Below are positions 9,305 to 18,002 of a DNA stretch of 48,457 nucleotides, in pieces. Source of the stretch: Candidatus Limnocylindrus sp. Lineage in GTDB: Bacteria > Chloroflexota > Limnocylindria > Limnocylindrales > Limnocylindraceae. Both the position numbers and the translations under genes were made by a program. The stretch covers positions 759 to 49,215 of the forward strand of contig JBBAWP010000003.1 of NCBI GenBank assembly GCA_040397155.1, read 5' to 3'. The notes under the pieces were generated by a model. The model ran no database searches, was not told the origin of the DNA, and saw nothing but the letters and a program-made list of their open reading frames with translations. The first letter of the stretch is position 1, and each line of letters starts with the position of its first letter.

Positions 9305-9849
9305 GGCGTTCGCACCGGGTTTGCTGGGCGAGATTGCTTGACTCGCTTCGGCGCTCGTGGAGTGAGGTCTGAACCGGTGAGATCAGCAATGATCACGCCC
9401 TCGCGCGGTTTGAAACTAACGATGATTGAGGCAACGGCTGGTAGGTCAAGCTCCCCCCCATCGGGCGTGCGAAGGATATAGACCTCTGCCCCACCGGCTC
9501 GGTAGCAATCAATCACAGTTCCAATCACCGCACCCTCTATGTCGTTCACCTTAACCCCGATCACTTCGTCCCAATACACGCGTCCAGGTTCACCGGGGTC
9601 TGAAGCGAGAGGGAGCGAGAGATAACTCCCAATAAGGATTTGTGCGGTGCCGCGATCTGGAATCTCAGCGAATCGTGCGAACGCACCAGGCGAGGCGGGG
9701 TTCCACTCGGTGAGCGTAAGTTCTCGATCGCTCTCTTCAACACGAAGTTTGTTTCCCACGACAAAGCGCTCGTCAGGGTGATCGGTAAGGATCTCAAGGC
9801 GGAGTGTGCCGTCAAGCCCGCGCGTTCCACGAACCTGCGCAACGCGCAG
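9301..9849 (-). CDS. rimM: 16S rRNA processing protein RimM (start uncertain; proposed CTG 9849)
   Basis: The ORF track begins at GTG 9759. The in-frame upstream codons encode LRVAQVRGTRGLDGTLRLEILTDHPDERF, the conserved RimM N-terminal domain. No ATG/GTG/TTG exists between the upstream stop (9909-9907) and 9759. A CTG 9849 start gives a normal 182-aa length. Confidence 0.78.
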   Translation of the reverse strand: MRVAQVRGTRGLDGTLRLEILTDHPDERFVVGNKLRVEESDRELTLTEWNPASPGAFARFAEIPDRGTAQILIGSYLSLPLASDPGEPGRVYWDEVIGVKVNDIEGAVIGTVIDCYRAGGAEVYILRTPDGGELDLPAVASIIVSFKPREGVIIADLTGSDLTPRAPKRVKQSRPANPVRTP

Positions 9850-9862
9850 ATCGCGAACGGCG

Positions 9863-10096
9863 TCAGCCGATTTCGAGGACGTAGTTCTCTCCGGTCCGAT
9901 TGGAGATCACCTTGAGCAGGCTGCGCATTGCCTTGGCGATGCTGCCGTTTCGGCCAATGACGCGACCCATGTCGTCTTCATCGACAATTAGGCGGAGGAC
10001 AACGGCGTCGCCATCCTCTTCCACCTCAACGCTCACCCCATCGGGATTATCTGCAAGTGACTTCGCGACGTAGGCGACAAGCTCTGCTGCTGGCAC
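9863..10096 (-). CDS. KH-domain RNA-binding protein (YlqC/UPF0109 family)
   Basis: 77 aa. VIGRNGSIAKAMRSLL contains the GXXG KH motif. Canonical position between rpsP and rimM. Its GTG start abuts the rpsP TAA. Confidence 0.82.
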   Translation of the reverse strand: MPAAELVAYVAKSLADNPDGVSVEVEEDGDAVVLRLIVDEDDMGRVIGRNGSIAKAMRSLLKVISNRTGENYVLEIG

Positions 10097-10621
10097 TTAC
10101 GCCTCCTCTGCTGGTGCTTCTGCGGCTGGTGCTTCTGCCGCAACTTCAGCAGCCGGCTCAACAGCTGCTGCTGGTGCTTCTGCTACTGGAGTCGCATCTG
10201 CAACTGCATCCGCTGCCTCTTCAGTGGCGACCTCTGCCGCCGCTTCGGCGGCGAGCTCCGTTGGTGCTTCTGGTGCCGCTTCAACAACAACCGTTGGCTC
10301 TTCAACCACCGGTCGAGTTCCTGGGGCGGTATAGCCCTTCTCAGCGGCCTTCGGGCCTGTCTTTCCGCCAGCAGATGCTCCGCCAGCGCGTGCCTTGGCA
10401 ATCAACTTGCCGACAACTTCAGATGGCTGCGCACCTTTTGAAATCCATGCATCCACCTTCGGTAGATCAAGGACGAGCGTCATTGGCTCAGTGCGGGGGT
10501 TGTAGTGCCCGAGGGTTTCCAGCGAACGCCCATCGCGCGCGCGGCGCCGATCGGTCGCGACAACTCGATACGACGGCTGTCCTGTTGCCCCTACTCGTGT
10601 CAACCTGATTCGAACGCTCAT
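10097..10621 (-). CDS. rpsP: 30S ribosomal protein S16 with a ~95-aa Ala/Glu/Pro/Val C-terminal extension
   Basis: MSVRIRLTRVGATGQPSYRVVATDRRRARDGRSLETLGHYNP is canonical S16. SD GGAGGAAG lies 8 nt upstream. The tail is low-complexity. Confidence 0.93.
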   Translation of the reverse strand: MSVRIRLTRVGATGQPSYRVVATDRRRARDGRSLETLGHYNPRTEPMTLVLDLPKVDAWISKGAQPSEVVGKLIAKARAGGASAGGKTGPKAAEKGYTAPGTRPVVEEPTVVVEAAPEAPTELAAEAAAEVATEEAADAVADATPVAEAPAAAVEPAAEVAAEAPAAEAPAEEA

Positions 10622-10641
10622 CCGTGCATCTTCCTCCGTGG

Positions 10642-10659
10642 GCCTGGCGGTCGCCAGGC
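10642..10659 (-). other. GC-rich hairpin (7-bp stem GCCTGGC/GCCAGGC, 4-nt loop) in the rpsP leader, 5 nt upstream of the SD
   Basis: Perfect inverted repeat read directly from the sequence. The function (leader structure or ffh 3' end stabiliser) is unknown. Confidence 0.35.
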
Positions 10660-10694
10660 GAGTAACCCCGAAGCGGTGGGGTGTGTGTCTGGGG

Positions 10695-10700
10695 ATAGTA
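10695..10700 (-). promoter_or_regulatory. Possible -10 hexamer TACTAT for the rpsP operon (weak call)
   Basis: Minus-strand TACTAT sits in the 118-nt ffh-rpsP gap. There is no TG extension and only a weak -35. Confidence 0.25.
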
Positions 10701-10739
10701 GCCGCTCAGGGTGACCTGCGCATCAGGGGCGCCGCGGCC

Positions 10740-12158
10740 CTACCGCCTGCCCCCCTTGCGACGGGCCTTCTTCGCCTTCCGATCCTCCTTCGGGCGGATA
10801 TACCCGCCAGCATGCTTCCCAGGAAGCCCTCCACCCCCACCAGCGAGTCGGGCAGGGTCAATCCCCCCCGTTCTTCGGATCAAGAGCCGCATCTCTTCCA
10901 AGCGCTTGACCAGACGGTTCACCTCTTCAATCGCTCGGCCGGCCCCTGCGGCGATGCGTCGACGTCGAGGGATGGAGAGTAGCGATGGGTTCTCGCGCTC
11001 GGTCGGCGTCATGGAGAGGATGATCGCCTCCGCCCGCTTCAACTCCCCCGCCGCCACCGCCTCTTCAGCCTGGGCAGCTACACCCCCCATACCCGGAATC
11101 ATCTTGACGATCTGTCCGATCGGGCCCATTGAGGACATCTGTCGCAACTGTTCGAGCAGATCTGAGAAGGTCATCTCGCCCTTCGGTGCGCCACTCCCGC
11201 TCTTTGTTGCAACGGGTGCGCGTGGATCACCGCCAGCATCGCGCACGATCTCTGCAAGCGTTGCGAGATCTCCCATCTCGAGGATGCGGCCAGCGATGCG
11301 ATCGGGATGGAAGCGCTCAAGGGCTTCAGGGCGCTCACCGGTCCCGAGATAAAGGACGGGGATGCCAGCACCTCCCGCAATCGAGAGGGCTGCACCGCCA
11401 CGAGCGTCGCCATCGAGCTTCGCCAAGATGAGGCCGGTCGGATCCGCCGCCTCCTTGAACCCCTCAGCAACGCGAAGCGCCTGCTGTCCAGTTGCGGCGT
11501 CCAACACAAGGATGCGCTCGCGCGGGTTCACCACTGCGCGCAAGTCAGCGAGCTCGCGCATCAACTCCTCGTCAAGTGTGGTCCGTCCCGACGAGTCAAT
11601 GATGAGGAGGTCCCGTCCGAGTTTCTTCGCCGATTCCAGCGCACGGCGACCGATCTCTGCCACTGGGGTACCGATCGCTTCGCGGTGAACAGGGACGCCG
11701 ATCGCTGCACCCAGCAGCGCAAGCTGCTCAGCCGCTGCGGGCCTCCGCGGATCTGCCGCAACGAGAAGCGGGCGTCGCCCATCACGAAGGAGTCGCAGTG
11801 CGAGTTTCGCGGCGGTTGTCGTCTTCCCTGCGCCTTGAAGGCCGAGGAGTAGGATGCTCGCCGTTCGCTCGCGCAGGTCAAGCTCTCGACCTGAGCCGCC
11901 AAGCGCCTCGGTGAGCGCTGCATGCACGATCGCAACTAAACGATCTCCACTCCCTATGCCGCCAACCACCTTTTCGTCGTGTGCGCGGGTGCGCATTGAT
12001 GCAATGAGCGAATCGGTAACGGATAGCGCAACGTCCGCATCAATGAGCGCAGTACGGATCTCCGCCAGACCCGCCTCGAGATCAGCCTCACTGATGCGGC
12101 CCCTTCCGCCAAGCCGTTGCAGTGAAGCGCGGAGCCTGCTTCCAAGCGCATCGAACAT
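10740..12158 (-). CDS. ffh: Signal recognition particle protein Ffh
   Basis: Start set at ATG 12158 (MFDALGSRL, the universal Ffh N-terminus). GLQGAGKTTTAAKLA, IIDSSGRT and AKLDGDARGG GTPase motifs, a Met-rich M domain, and a basic C-terminal tail. The longest ORF (to 12506) adds 116 non-homologous aa. Confidence 0.95.
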   Translation of the reverse strand: MFDALGSRLRASLQRLGGRGRISEADLEAGLAEIRTALIDADVALSVTDSLIASMRTRAHDEKVVGGIGSGDRLVAIVHAALTEALGGSGRELDLRERTASILLLGLQGAGKTTTAAKLALRLLRDGRRPLLVAADPRRPAAAEQLALLGAAIGVPVHREAIGTPVAEIGRRALESAKKLGRDLLIIDSSGRTTLDEELMRELADLRAVVNPRERILVLDAATGQQALRVAEGFKEAADPTGLILAKLDGDARGGAALSIAGGAGIPVLYLGTGERPEALERFHPDRIAGRILEMGDLATLAEIVRDAGGDPRAPVATKSGSGAPKGEMTFSDLLEQLRQMSSMGPIGQIVKMIPGMGGVAAQAEEAVAAGELKRAEAIILSMTPTERENPSLLSIPRRRRIAAGAGRAIEEVNRLVKRLEEMRLLIRRTGGIDPARLAGGGGGLPGKHAGGYIRPKEDRKAKKARRKGGRR

Positions 12159-12165
12159 ATGAGGA

Positions 12166-13479
12166 GTGTACGCTGCGAGAATGAAGAAGAGGGGTGTGGT
12201 CGCCGTGCAGCGTACAGGGGTTAGCACCGCCGTTCGCCGTGATGTCCGCATCCTGATGGCGGCGCAATCCGCCTCCACGTTCGGGTCGTTCATCACGCGT
12301 GCAGCCCTCCCACTGCTCGCAATCATCGGCCTGGGAATCTCTGCGGAAGAGGCGGCCATCATCGCAGGGGTGGACCTCATTGCAGCGACGCTGGCGAGCC
12401 AGATTGCCGGCGTTTGGATTGATCGCCTCCCCCGTCGACCAGTCATGATCTCCGCCGATCTTCTCCGCGCACTGCTCCTTGCAAGCATCCCGCTCGCTGC
12501 GTTCATGACAGGGGGCGTGTCGCTCTTCCATCTCGTCCTAGTGAGCGCTGCTAGTGGGGCGTGCAGTACGGCCTTTGATATTGCCGAGCGAAGCTATCTT
12601 GCTGGACTTGTCCCCACACCTGATTTGCGCTCAGTGCTCGCCAAGGTGCTCGGAATACGAGGCGCCGCAGAGTTCTTCGGTTTCGGGGCCGCGGGTCTCC
12701 TGGTCGGCAGTATTGGGGGCCCAGCCGCCATCGGCGTGGATGCGCTCACGTATGTTGCCTCTGCGCTCCTGCTGACCGCACTCCGCGTCAGAGAGCCGCG
12801 CCTGCCGAAGGCGACAACGCGCCAGAGCTTTCTGGTGGAGGCAGAAGAGGGCCTTCGACGCACGTGGGCAATCCCGATCTTGCGACCCCTGATCGCTTCA
12901 AGTGCAGCGATCGGTATCTATTTCGGTCTCTTCCGCTCGGCGTACATGATCTATGTCGTTCGAACGCTCGGTCTCAGCCCCGAAGTGGTCGGCTTTATCA
13001 TCGCAAGCGGCGGGATCGCGTCATTCGCTGGCGGGCTGCTGACGGAACGAATCTCACTCGCCCTCGGCACGGGTCGTGCGATCAGCGTGAGTTTGGTGAT
13101 CGTAGGGATCGGACTTGCGCTCGTCCCACTCGCACCAGGCGCTTCGCTTACCGGCATCGTCCTTCTTGTTGCACACCAGTTCCTCAGCGATGGCTTTGAA
13201 ACCGTCTGGGAGGCGAATCAGGGTGCGATTCGCGGCCGTGTCCTCCCTGACGCACTGCAGGGACGCGCCAACGCTGCATTTGAAGGGGTAAGCCTTCTCG
13301 GGAGACTGACGGGCATCGTTGCCGGCGGGTTGATCGGCGGCTCTGCCGCCGGAAGCGGTGCGGCGCTCTACCTTGGCGCAGCTGCCTCCATCGCCGCCGG
13401 TGTTGTGATTGGACTAACCAAACTGGGACGTGTCCAGAAAATCAGCGAGCTCCCGCGCGCACTAGACCGCGTCGCCTAA
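12166..13479 (+). CDS. MFS transporter (12-TM-like, EntS/MFS_3-type N-terminus); start ambiguous (GTG 12166, ATG 12181 or GTG 12205)
   Basis: 437-aa hydrophobic ORF. RDVRILMAAQSASTFGSFITRAALPLLAI resembles the conserved first helix of this MFS group. It is the only plus-strand gene between ftsY and ffh. Confidence 0.75.
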   Translation: MYAARMKKRGVVAVQRTGVSTAVRRDVRILMAAQSASTFGSFITRAALPLLAIIGLGISAEEAAIIAGVDLIAATLASQIAGVWIDRLPRRPVMISADLLRALLLASIPLAAFMTGGVSLFHLVLVSAASGACSTAFDIAERSYLAGLVPTPDLRSVLAKVLGIRGAAEFFGFGAAGLLVGSIGGPAAIGVDALTYVASALLLTALRVREPRLPKATTRQSFLVEAEEGLRRTWAIPILRPLIASSAAIGIYFGLFRSAYMIYVVRTLGLSPEVVGFIIASGGIASFAGGLLTERISLALGTGRAISVSLVIVGIGLALVPLAPGASLTGIVLLVAHQFLSDGFETVWEANQGAIRGRVLPDALQGRANAAFEGVSLLGRLTGIVAGGLIGGSAAGSGAALYLGAAASIAAGVVIGLTKLGRVQKISELPRALDRVA

Positions 13480-14379
13480 GAGCCCGTCCACAAAGGCGTC
13501 TGCATCGAACGGAAGGAGATCGCTCCCTCGCTCCCCCACACCAACCCAGCGAACTGGGAGGCCGAGTTCTCGACGCACAGCCAGCGCAACGCCACCACGC
13601 GCACCAGCGTCTAACTTCGTGAGGATCACGCCATCTACTCCTGCTGCGCGATTGAACCCGCTCGCCTGCGCGAGCCCGTTCTGTCCAGCCGTTGCGTCAA
13701 TGACAAGGAGCACTTCAACGTCAGCGTCTGGTGCGAGCTTCTGAATCACTCGGCGCATCTTGGTGAGCTCATCCATGAGGCCAGTCTTGGTTTGCATACG
13801 GCCTGCGGTATCAATGATCACCGGGTGCAAACCTTTCGCGCTCGCCTGGGTCAACGCGTCGTGAATCGCGGCCGCAGGATCACCGCCCGGCTTCCCTTCA
13901 GCAATCGGCACCCCTTCTCGAGTAGCGAGGAGACGCAACTGATCAATTGCCGCTGCACGGAACGTATCCGCGGCGACAAGGATCGGCTGCAGCGACGCAG
14001 CCTTTGCACGTGCCGCGAGCTTTGCCGCTGACGTTGTCTTCCCAGCTCCATTCACGCCAACCAAGAGGATGACCTGCTGGCTGCTCGCTGTACTTGGTGC
14101 ATCACTCGGCAACTCCTCGCGCATTAGGTCGAGAAGCGCCGTGCGCAACCGCTCACGACCCGTGCCACCCTGAACCTCACGCGCGGCGCTGATCAGCCCT
14201 GCTGCGACGCCCGTTCCAGCATCACTTTGGATGAGGGCTCGCTCTAGTTCACTCCAATCGGGTTCGGGCGCGAGTGATCTGCGTAAGGCCTGCAAGATTC
14301 CACCGCCTGAAGGCGCGGCAGCGGCACTGATGCTCGCCTTCTCTTCGTTCGTGCTCTTTCGCCAGAAGGCGAGTTTCAA
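13462..14379 (-). CDS. ftsY: Signal recognition particle receptor FtsY (short N-terminus)
   Basis: LLVGVNGAGKTTSAAKLA, IIDTAGRMQT and TKLDAGARGG motifs. 4-nt overlap with the smc stop. Confidence 0.93.
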   Translation of the reverse strand: MKLAFWRKSTNEEKASISAAAAPSGGGILQALRRSLAPEPDWSELERALIQSDAGTGVAAGLISAAREVQGGTGRERLRTALLDLMREELPSDAPSTASSQQVILLVGVNGAGKTTSAAKLAARAKAASLQPILVAADTFRAAAIDQLRLLATREGVPIAEGKPGGDPAAAIHDALTQASAKGLHPVIIDTAGRMQTKTGLMDELTKMRRVIQKLAPDADVEVLLVIDATAGQNGLAQASGFNRAAGVDGVILTKLDAGARGGVALAVRRELGLPVRWVGVGERGSDLLPFDADAFVDGLLGDAV

Positions 14380-17300
14380 CGTGCCGCCTCGCGCTCCGCT
14401 CGTGCGGCGTCAGCGATCCGCTTCGCCTCGTCAAGACGCAGGCCAAAGACGCGACTTGTAGCATCCTCTCCGGCGGTCACGCCCCAGAGGCTGTCGGCAA
14501 CCTCGACCGTGCCGCGGTTGTGCGTAATCACCACCACCTGTGTGCGCTCACTGAGCTCACGGATCGCGTCACCAAATCGAGTGACGTTCGCCTCATCGAG
14601 GGCGGCGTCAACTTCGTCCAGGACCACAAATGGCAGTGGGCGCACGGCAAGCATTCCGAGCAGCAGCGCCACGCCCGTAAGTGCACGCTCACCGCCTGAA
14701 AGGAGTGAGAGCTGTTGTCGTCGCTTGAGCGGCGGTCGGGCATCAATCTCAACCCCAGGTCGGCGCACCCCCTCCTCTGACGTCAGTCGCAGTTGAGCAT
14801 CGCCGCCACCAAAGAGGAGCTGGAAGTTTGCAGCGAATGTTGTTTGAAGTGCAGTGAACTGTTCCGTGAAGGTGCTCTCAACGAGCGTGTCGAGTTCAGC
14901 CATGAGTGCGGAGGCCTTGGCAATGGCACCATCAAGATCGCCAGTCTGCGCTTCAAGGCTCTCAAGTCGTTCGCGAAGTTCGCGATGTTCAATCGCAACA
15001 CTCGCCCCGGCAGCATCGAGCGGTCCGATCTTTCGGCGCAACCTCTCCAGCGCGCGCACCTGCTCTGGATCCGCGGGCTCAGCGGGAGTTCCAGATCGGA
15101 GTCCTTCGGAACCCCAATGATCAAGAAGCGCCGCCGCCTGTGCGCGCGCAACCGCATCTTGTGCCGAACGCTCCTCACTCGAGACCTCTTCGAACTCGCC
15201 TTCAGGTGCACCCTCAGCTCGGGCCGCACGCAACTCATCTGGGAGGCCCTTGGCGATTCGCGGATCTGTTGCGAGCCTCCGCCCGAAGGCCACGAGGTCG
15301 CCCGCCAGCTCTTCAATCAGGCGCTCGTACTCAAACTCAAGGCCTTGTGCGTCACGTTCGAGCGGTCGAAGCGCCTCATCAAGATCCGATTCGCGCTGGC
15401 GCAGTGAGCGCTTTCGCTCGTCGTCAGCCGCGCTCTCGCGCTCAATCGCCTCCTGCTGCTCAGCAAGTCGCTGGACCAGCGCCTCGCGCTCAGCGACCGC
15501 GAGCTGGGCAGCATCTGAGCGTCCAAGGAGTTCAACGCGGTCTGCCTGGAGTGCTGCGCCTCGCGACTCCACCGCCCCACGCTCTTCGGCGGCTCGTGCC
15601 ATACGTGCTGATGCGGCCGCAATACTGGCATCTCCGCGAGCCCGTGCGAGCTCCCATGCGCGGAGTGACTGTCGATCAGCCTCAACCGCTTCGGAAATCA
15701 TCGACCGTCGTGCAGTCAGCTCGCGGATTCGCTCCTGCCACTCTTGCGCAGCGCTCCCAGTACCCGTCCCTGAGTGTGCGCGTGCCTGAAGCTCATCTCG
15801 CCTCGCGGAGAGATCGCGCAACGTCTGCTGCATCTTCTCCAGCCGGGAGTCTCGGTCTGCGGCCGTGCGGGCTGCCGCGATCAGCTCGCGTTCGCTTTCT
15901 GCGCGGAGGTCCGTGGCACTTCGCAACGTACTTCTTGACGAGAGATCTGCGGAACGGTAGTTCAGGGCGAGCGCCGTAGCGGCGGCAAGTGCGGTCTGCT
16001 CTGCGGAGGCCTCGCTGCGCAGGCTGGCGGCGGCAGCGGTTCGTCGCTCGATCTCGCGTCCGAGCTGCGAGATCTCGGCGTCAAGGAGCGCATCTTCTGG
16101 CTCAGTCTCACGGGTTACCACGCCTCCGGCGCGAATCACCGCACCGCCACGTGTCACGATCAGACCGCCGACCGGTAGGTCCGCGAGCGCATCGAGTGCT
16201 GCGGCCACCGATGGAGCCACCGCCACGCCGCTCAAAACCCGAGCTAACACCCCATCAGGGTCGCTGACAACCTCAGCACTCAGCGCTGGAAGCGTTGGAT
16301 GTTCGGCGACAAGTCTTCCCGCCGATCCTTCAATAAGGAGCGCACCCTGTTCATCATCAAGAAGCGACGCCCCGCTCCGGTTGACAATGAAGCCGCGCGC
16401 TAGCGCACCCAGCGCGGCGAGCACGGCGCTGCGCCCCTCTTCACGGATTTCAACGCCCGCTAATAGGCTCCTGCCGCCAATCGCACGCGCGGAGCGCGCA
16501 AGAGCACGCTCCTGCAGCGCGGTACGTCGCGCTTCAAGCGCGCGGAGTCGACCCTCAATAGATGCGCACTCAGCCTCGGCGGCGCGTGCGGCGCGCTCGC
16601 GATCGCCGACAACCGCTCGCAACGTTGCCTCTGCAGCCTCTGAAGCGCTCGCCTCCTCGGCGGCACGCGTCGCCGCGTCGCTCGCCTGACGATACGTTGC
16701 AAGTGCGGCATCCCGCCGGGAAGTAGCTGCGACAAGTTCCTCAGCAGCGCGATCGGCTCGGAGAGCCTCAACCTCAGCTTCTATGCGCGCAATTCGAGCC
16801 TCCGCCTCCGCCACCTCTGACGATCGCGCCCGCTCTGCACGAGCGATTGACTCACCGCCACCAGCTGCGCCCTGGTCGCTCTGCAGTGCACGAAGTTCGC
16901 GACGTGCGCTCGCAAGATCTGCGTCAAGGAGCTCGAGTGCCGCGGCCGCTTCGGCATCAGCCGCTGGAGCTGCCGTCGCCCGGATCTGCTCAACGGCAAG
17001 GACCTCACGCTCCGCCTCCGCTACCTCTGCATTCAGGCGTTCCGTGTCACGCGCGATCGCCGCCGCCTCAGCATCTGATCGAGCTCGATTGCGCTCTGCA
17101 GTTTCACGGGCAGTACGAGCGGACTCAAGATCCCCTCGCGCCACCTCAAGAGCAGCACGCGCTTCAGTGAGGCGGAGGCGGCGAGCGTTCGCATCGCTGT
17201 CGGCAGAGCGGAGTGATTCGCGCACGGTGCCGAGCTCAGCGCGAACCTCAGTCAGTCGGCTGCCGCTGGCTCCACGTCGTGATGCGAACCAACTGGCGCG

Positions 17301-18002
17301 TGTGGCACCGAGTGTTGCAATGCGATCAACCGCTTCGGCGAGAAGCTCATCTCGACCCGCCTCTTGACGCGCCAGTGCTGCAAGGCGCCGCTCTTGCGGT
17401 CGAAGGGCGGCAAGGATCTCTTCAACGCGCGCGCGATTCTCGGTCGCCTCTTTCATCTCTCCTTCAGCACGAGAGCGGCGGCGCTCGTGGCGAGCCGTCC
17501 CAGCGAACTCTTCAACGAGTGCCCGACGCTCTTCGGCGCGGAGGCTGAGTGCCTGGTCAACCGCGCCTTGCCCAATGAAGAGGAGGCCATTCTCTGCAAG
17601 GCCCGCACCATCAAGGAGCTCGTTGAGATCGCGGAGCCGGATGCGCTCTCGGTTCAGCAGGTACTCCTGGCCTCCACCGCGATCTGCGCGGCGTGCAATC
17701 TCAATCTCTGTAAAGGGAAGGTCAAAGAGCCCATCGTCGTTGGAGATGCTGAGCGACACCTCGGCGAGTCCGAGTTGGCGACGCTTCTCCGATCCGGCAA
17801 AGATCACCTCATCGACGCGCTTGGAACGAATCCCACGCCCCGCTTCACCGAGTGCCCAGCGCAGTGCATCCACGATATTCGACTTGCCACTGCCGTTTGG
17901 CCCCACGATGGCGGTGATCCCTGGAGTAAATGCGATCGTGGTCTTATCCGCGAAGGTTTTGAAGCCGCTGAGCCGAACCTCGCGCAGGCGCAGTCGGCTC
18001 AT
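14376..18002 (-). CDS. smc: Chromosome segregation protein SMC
   Basis: 1208 aa. N-terminal Walker A GPNGSGKSNIVDALRWALGE, long Ala/Arg/Glu coiled coils, a central hinge, and C-terminal LSGGERALTGVALLL plus FVVLDEVDAALD. Confidence 0.95.
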   Translation of the reverse strand: MSRLRLREVRLSGFKTFADKTTIAFTPGITAIVGPNGSGKSNIVDALRWALGEAGRGIRSKRVDEVIFAGSEKRRQLGLAEVSLSISNDDGLFDLPFTEIEIARRADRGGGQEYLLNRERIRLRDLNELLDGAGLAENGLLFIGQGAVDQALSLRAEERRALVEEFAGTARHERRRSRAEGEMKEATENRARVEEILAALRPQERRLAALARQEAGRDELLAEAVDRIATLGATRASWFASRRGASGSRLTEVRAELGTVRESLRSADSDANARRLRLTEARAALEVARGDLESARTARETAERNRARSDAEAAAIARDTERLNAEVAEAEREVLAVEQIRATAAPAADAEAAAALELLDADLASARRELRALQSDQGAAGGGESIARAERARSSEVAEAEARIARIEAEVEALRADRAAEELVAATSRRDAALATYRQASDAATRAAEEASASEAAEATLRAVVGDRERAARAAEAECASIEGRLRALEARRTALQERALARSARAIGGRSLLAGVEIREEGRSAVLAALGALARGFIVNRSGASLLDDEQGALLIEGSAGRLVAEHPTLPALSAEVVSDPDGVLARVLSGVAVAPSVAAALDALADLPVGGLIVTRGGAVIRAGGVVTRETEPEDALLDAEISQLGREIERRTAAAASLRSEASAEQTALAAATALALNYRSADLSSRSTLRSATDLRAESERELIAAARTAADRDSRLEKMQQTLRDLSARRDELQARAHSGTGTGSAAQEWQERIRELTARRSMISEAVEADRQSLRAWELARARGDASIAAASARMARAAEERGAVESRGAALQADRVELLGRSDAAQLAVAEREALVQRLAEQQEAIERESAADDERKRSLRQRESDLDEALRPLERDAQGLEFEYERLIEELAGDLVAFGRRLATDPRIAKGLPDELRAARAEGAPEGEFEEVSSEERSAQDAVARAQAAALLDHWGSEGLRSGTPAEPADPEQVRALERLRRKIGPLDAAGASVAIEHRELRERLESLEAQTGDLDGAIAKASALMAELDTLVESTFTEQFTALQTTFAANFQLLFGGGDAQLRLTSEEGVRRPGVEIDARPPLKRRQQLSLLSGGERALTGVALLLGMLAVRPLPFVVLDEVDAALDEANVTRFGDAIRELSERTQVVVITHNRGTVEVADSLWGVTAGEDATSRVFGLRLDEAKRIADAARAEREAAR

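Noticed and set aside
10100-10200. Short tandem repeats (a 14-mer repeated three times) considered as a VNTR, CRISPR-like or non-coding repeat
   Set aside because: The repeats are in-frame coding repeats of the S16 tail (AEAPA units). They have no spacer/repeat architecture and are too short and too few for CRISPR.
12159-12506. 116-aa N-terminal extension of the ffh ORF, with similar long-ORF extensions for pyrH (to 5256), cdsA (to 3225), acpP (to 19075), lspA (to 34697), tpiA (to 47982) and yloV (to 26504)
   Set aside because: The extensions are non-homologous and Arg/Ser/Ala-rich. They overlap the upstream gene or the divergent MFS gene, and the conserved family N-termini begin at the internal starts chosen here.
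14456-14464. Minus-strand TGCTACAAG inside the 3' end of smc, considered as an internal promoter for ftsY
   Set aside because: It lacks the final T of the -10 hexamer, the most invariant position, and smc and ftsY overlap by 4 nt, which is consistent with simple co-translation. Similar near-matches occur at 38043-38051 (plus strand, TGCTACGGA, upstream of the LCP gene) and in the 20121-20130 and 24631-24640 regions (minus strand); all fail the same test.
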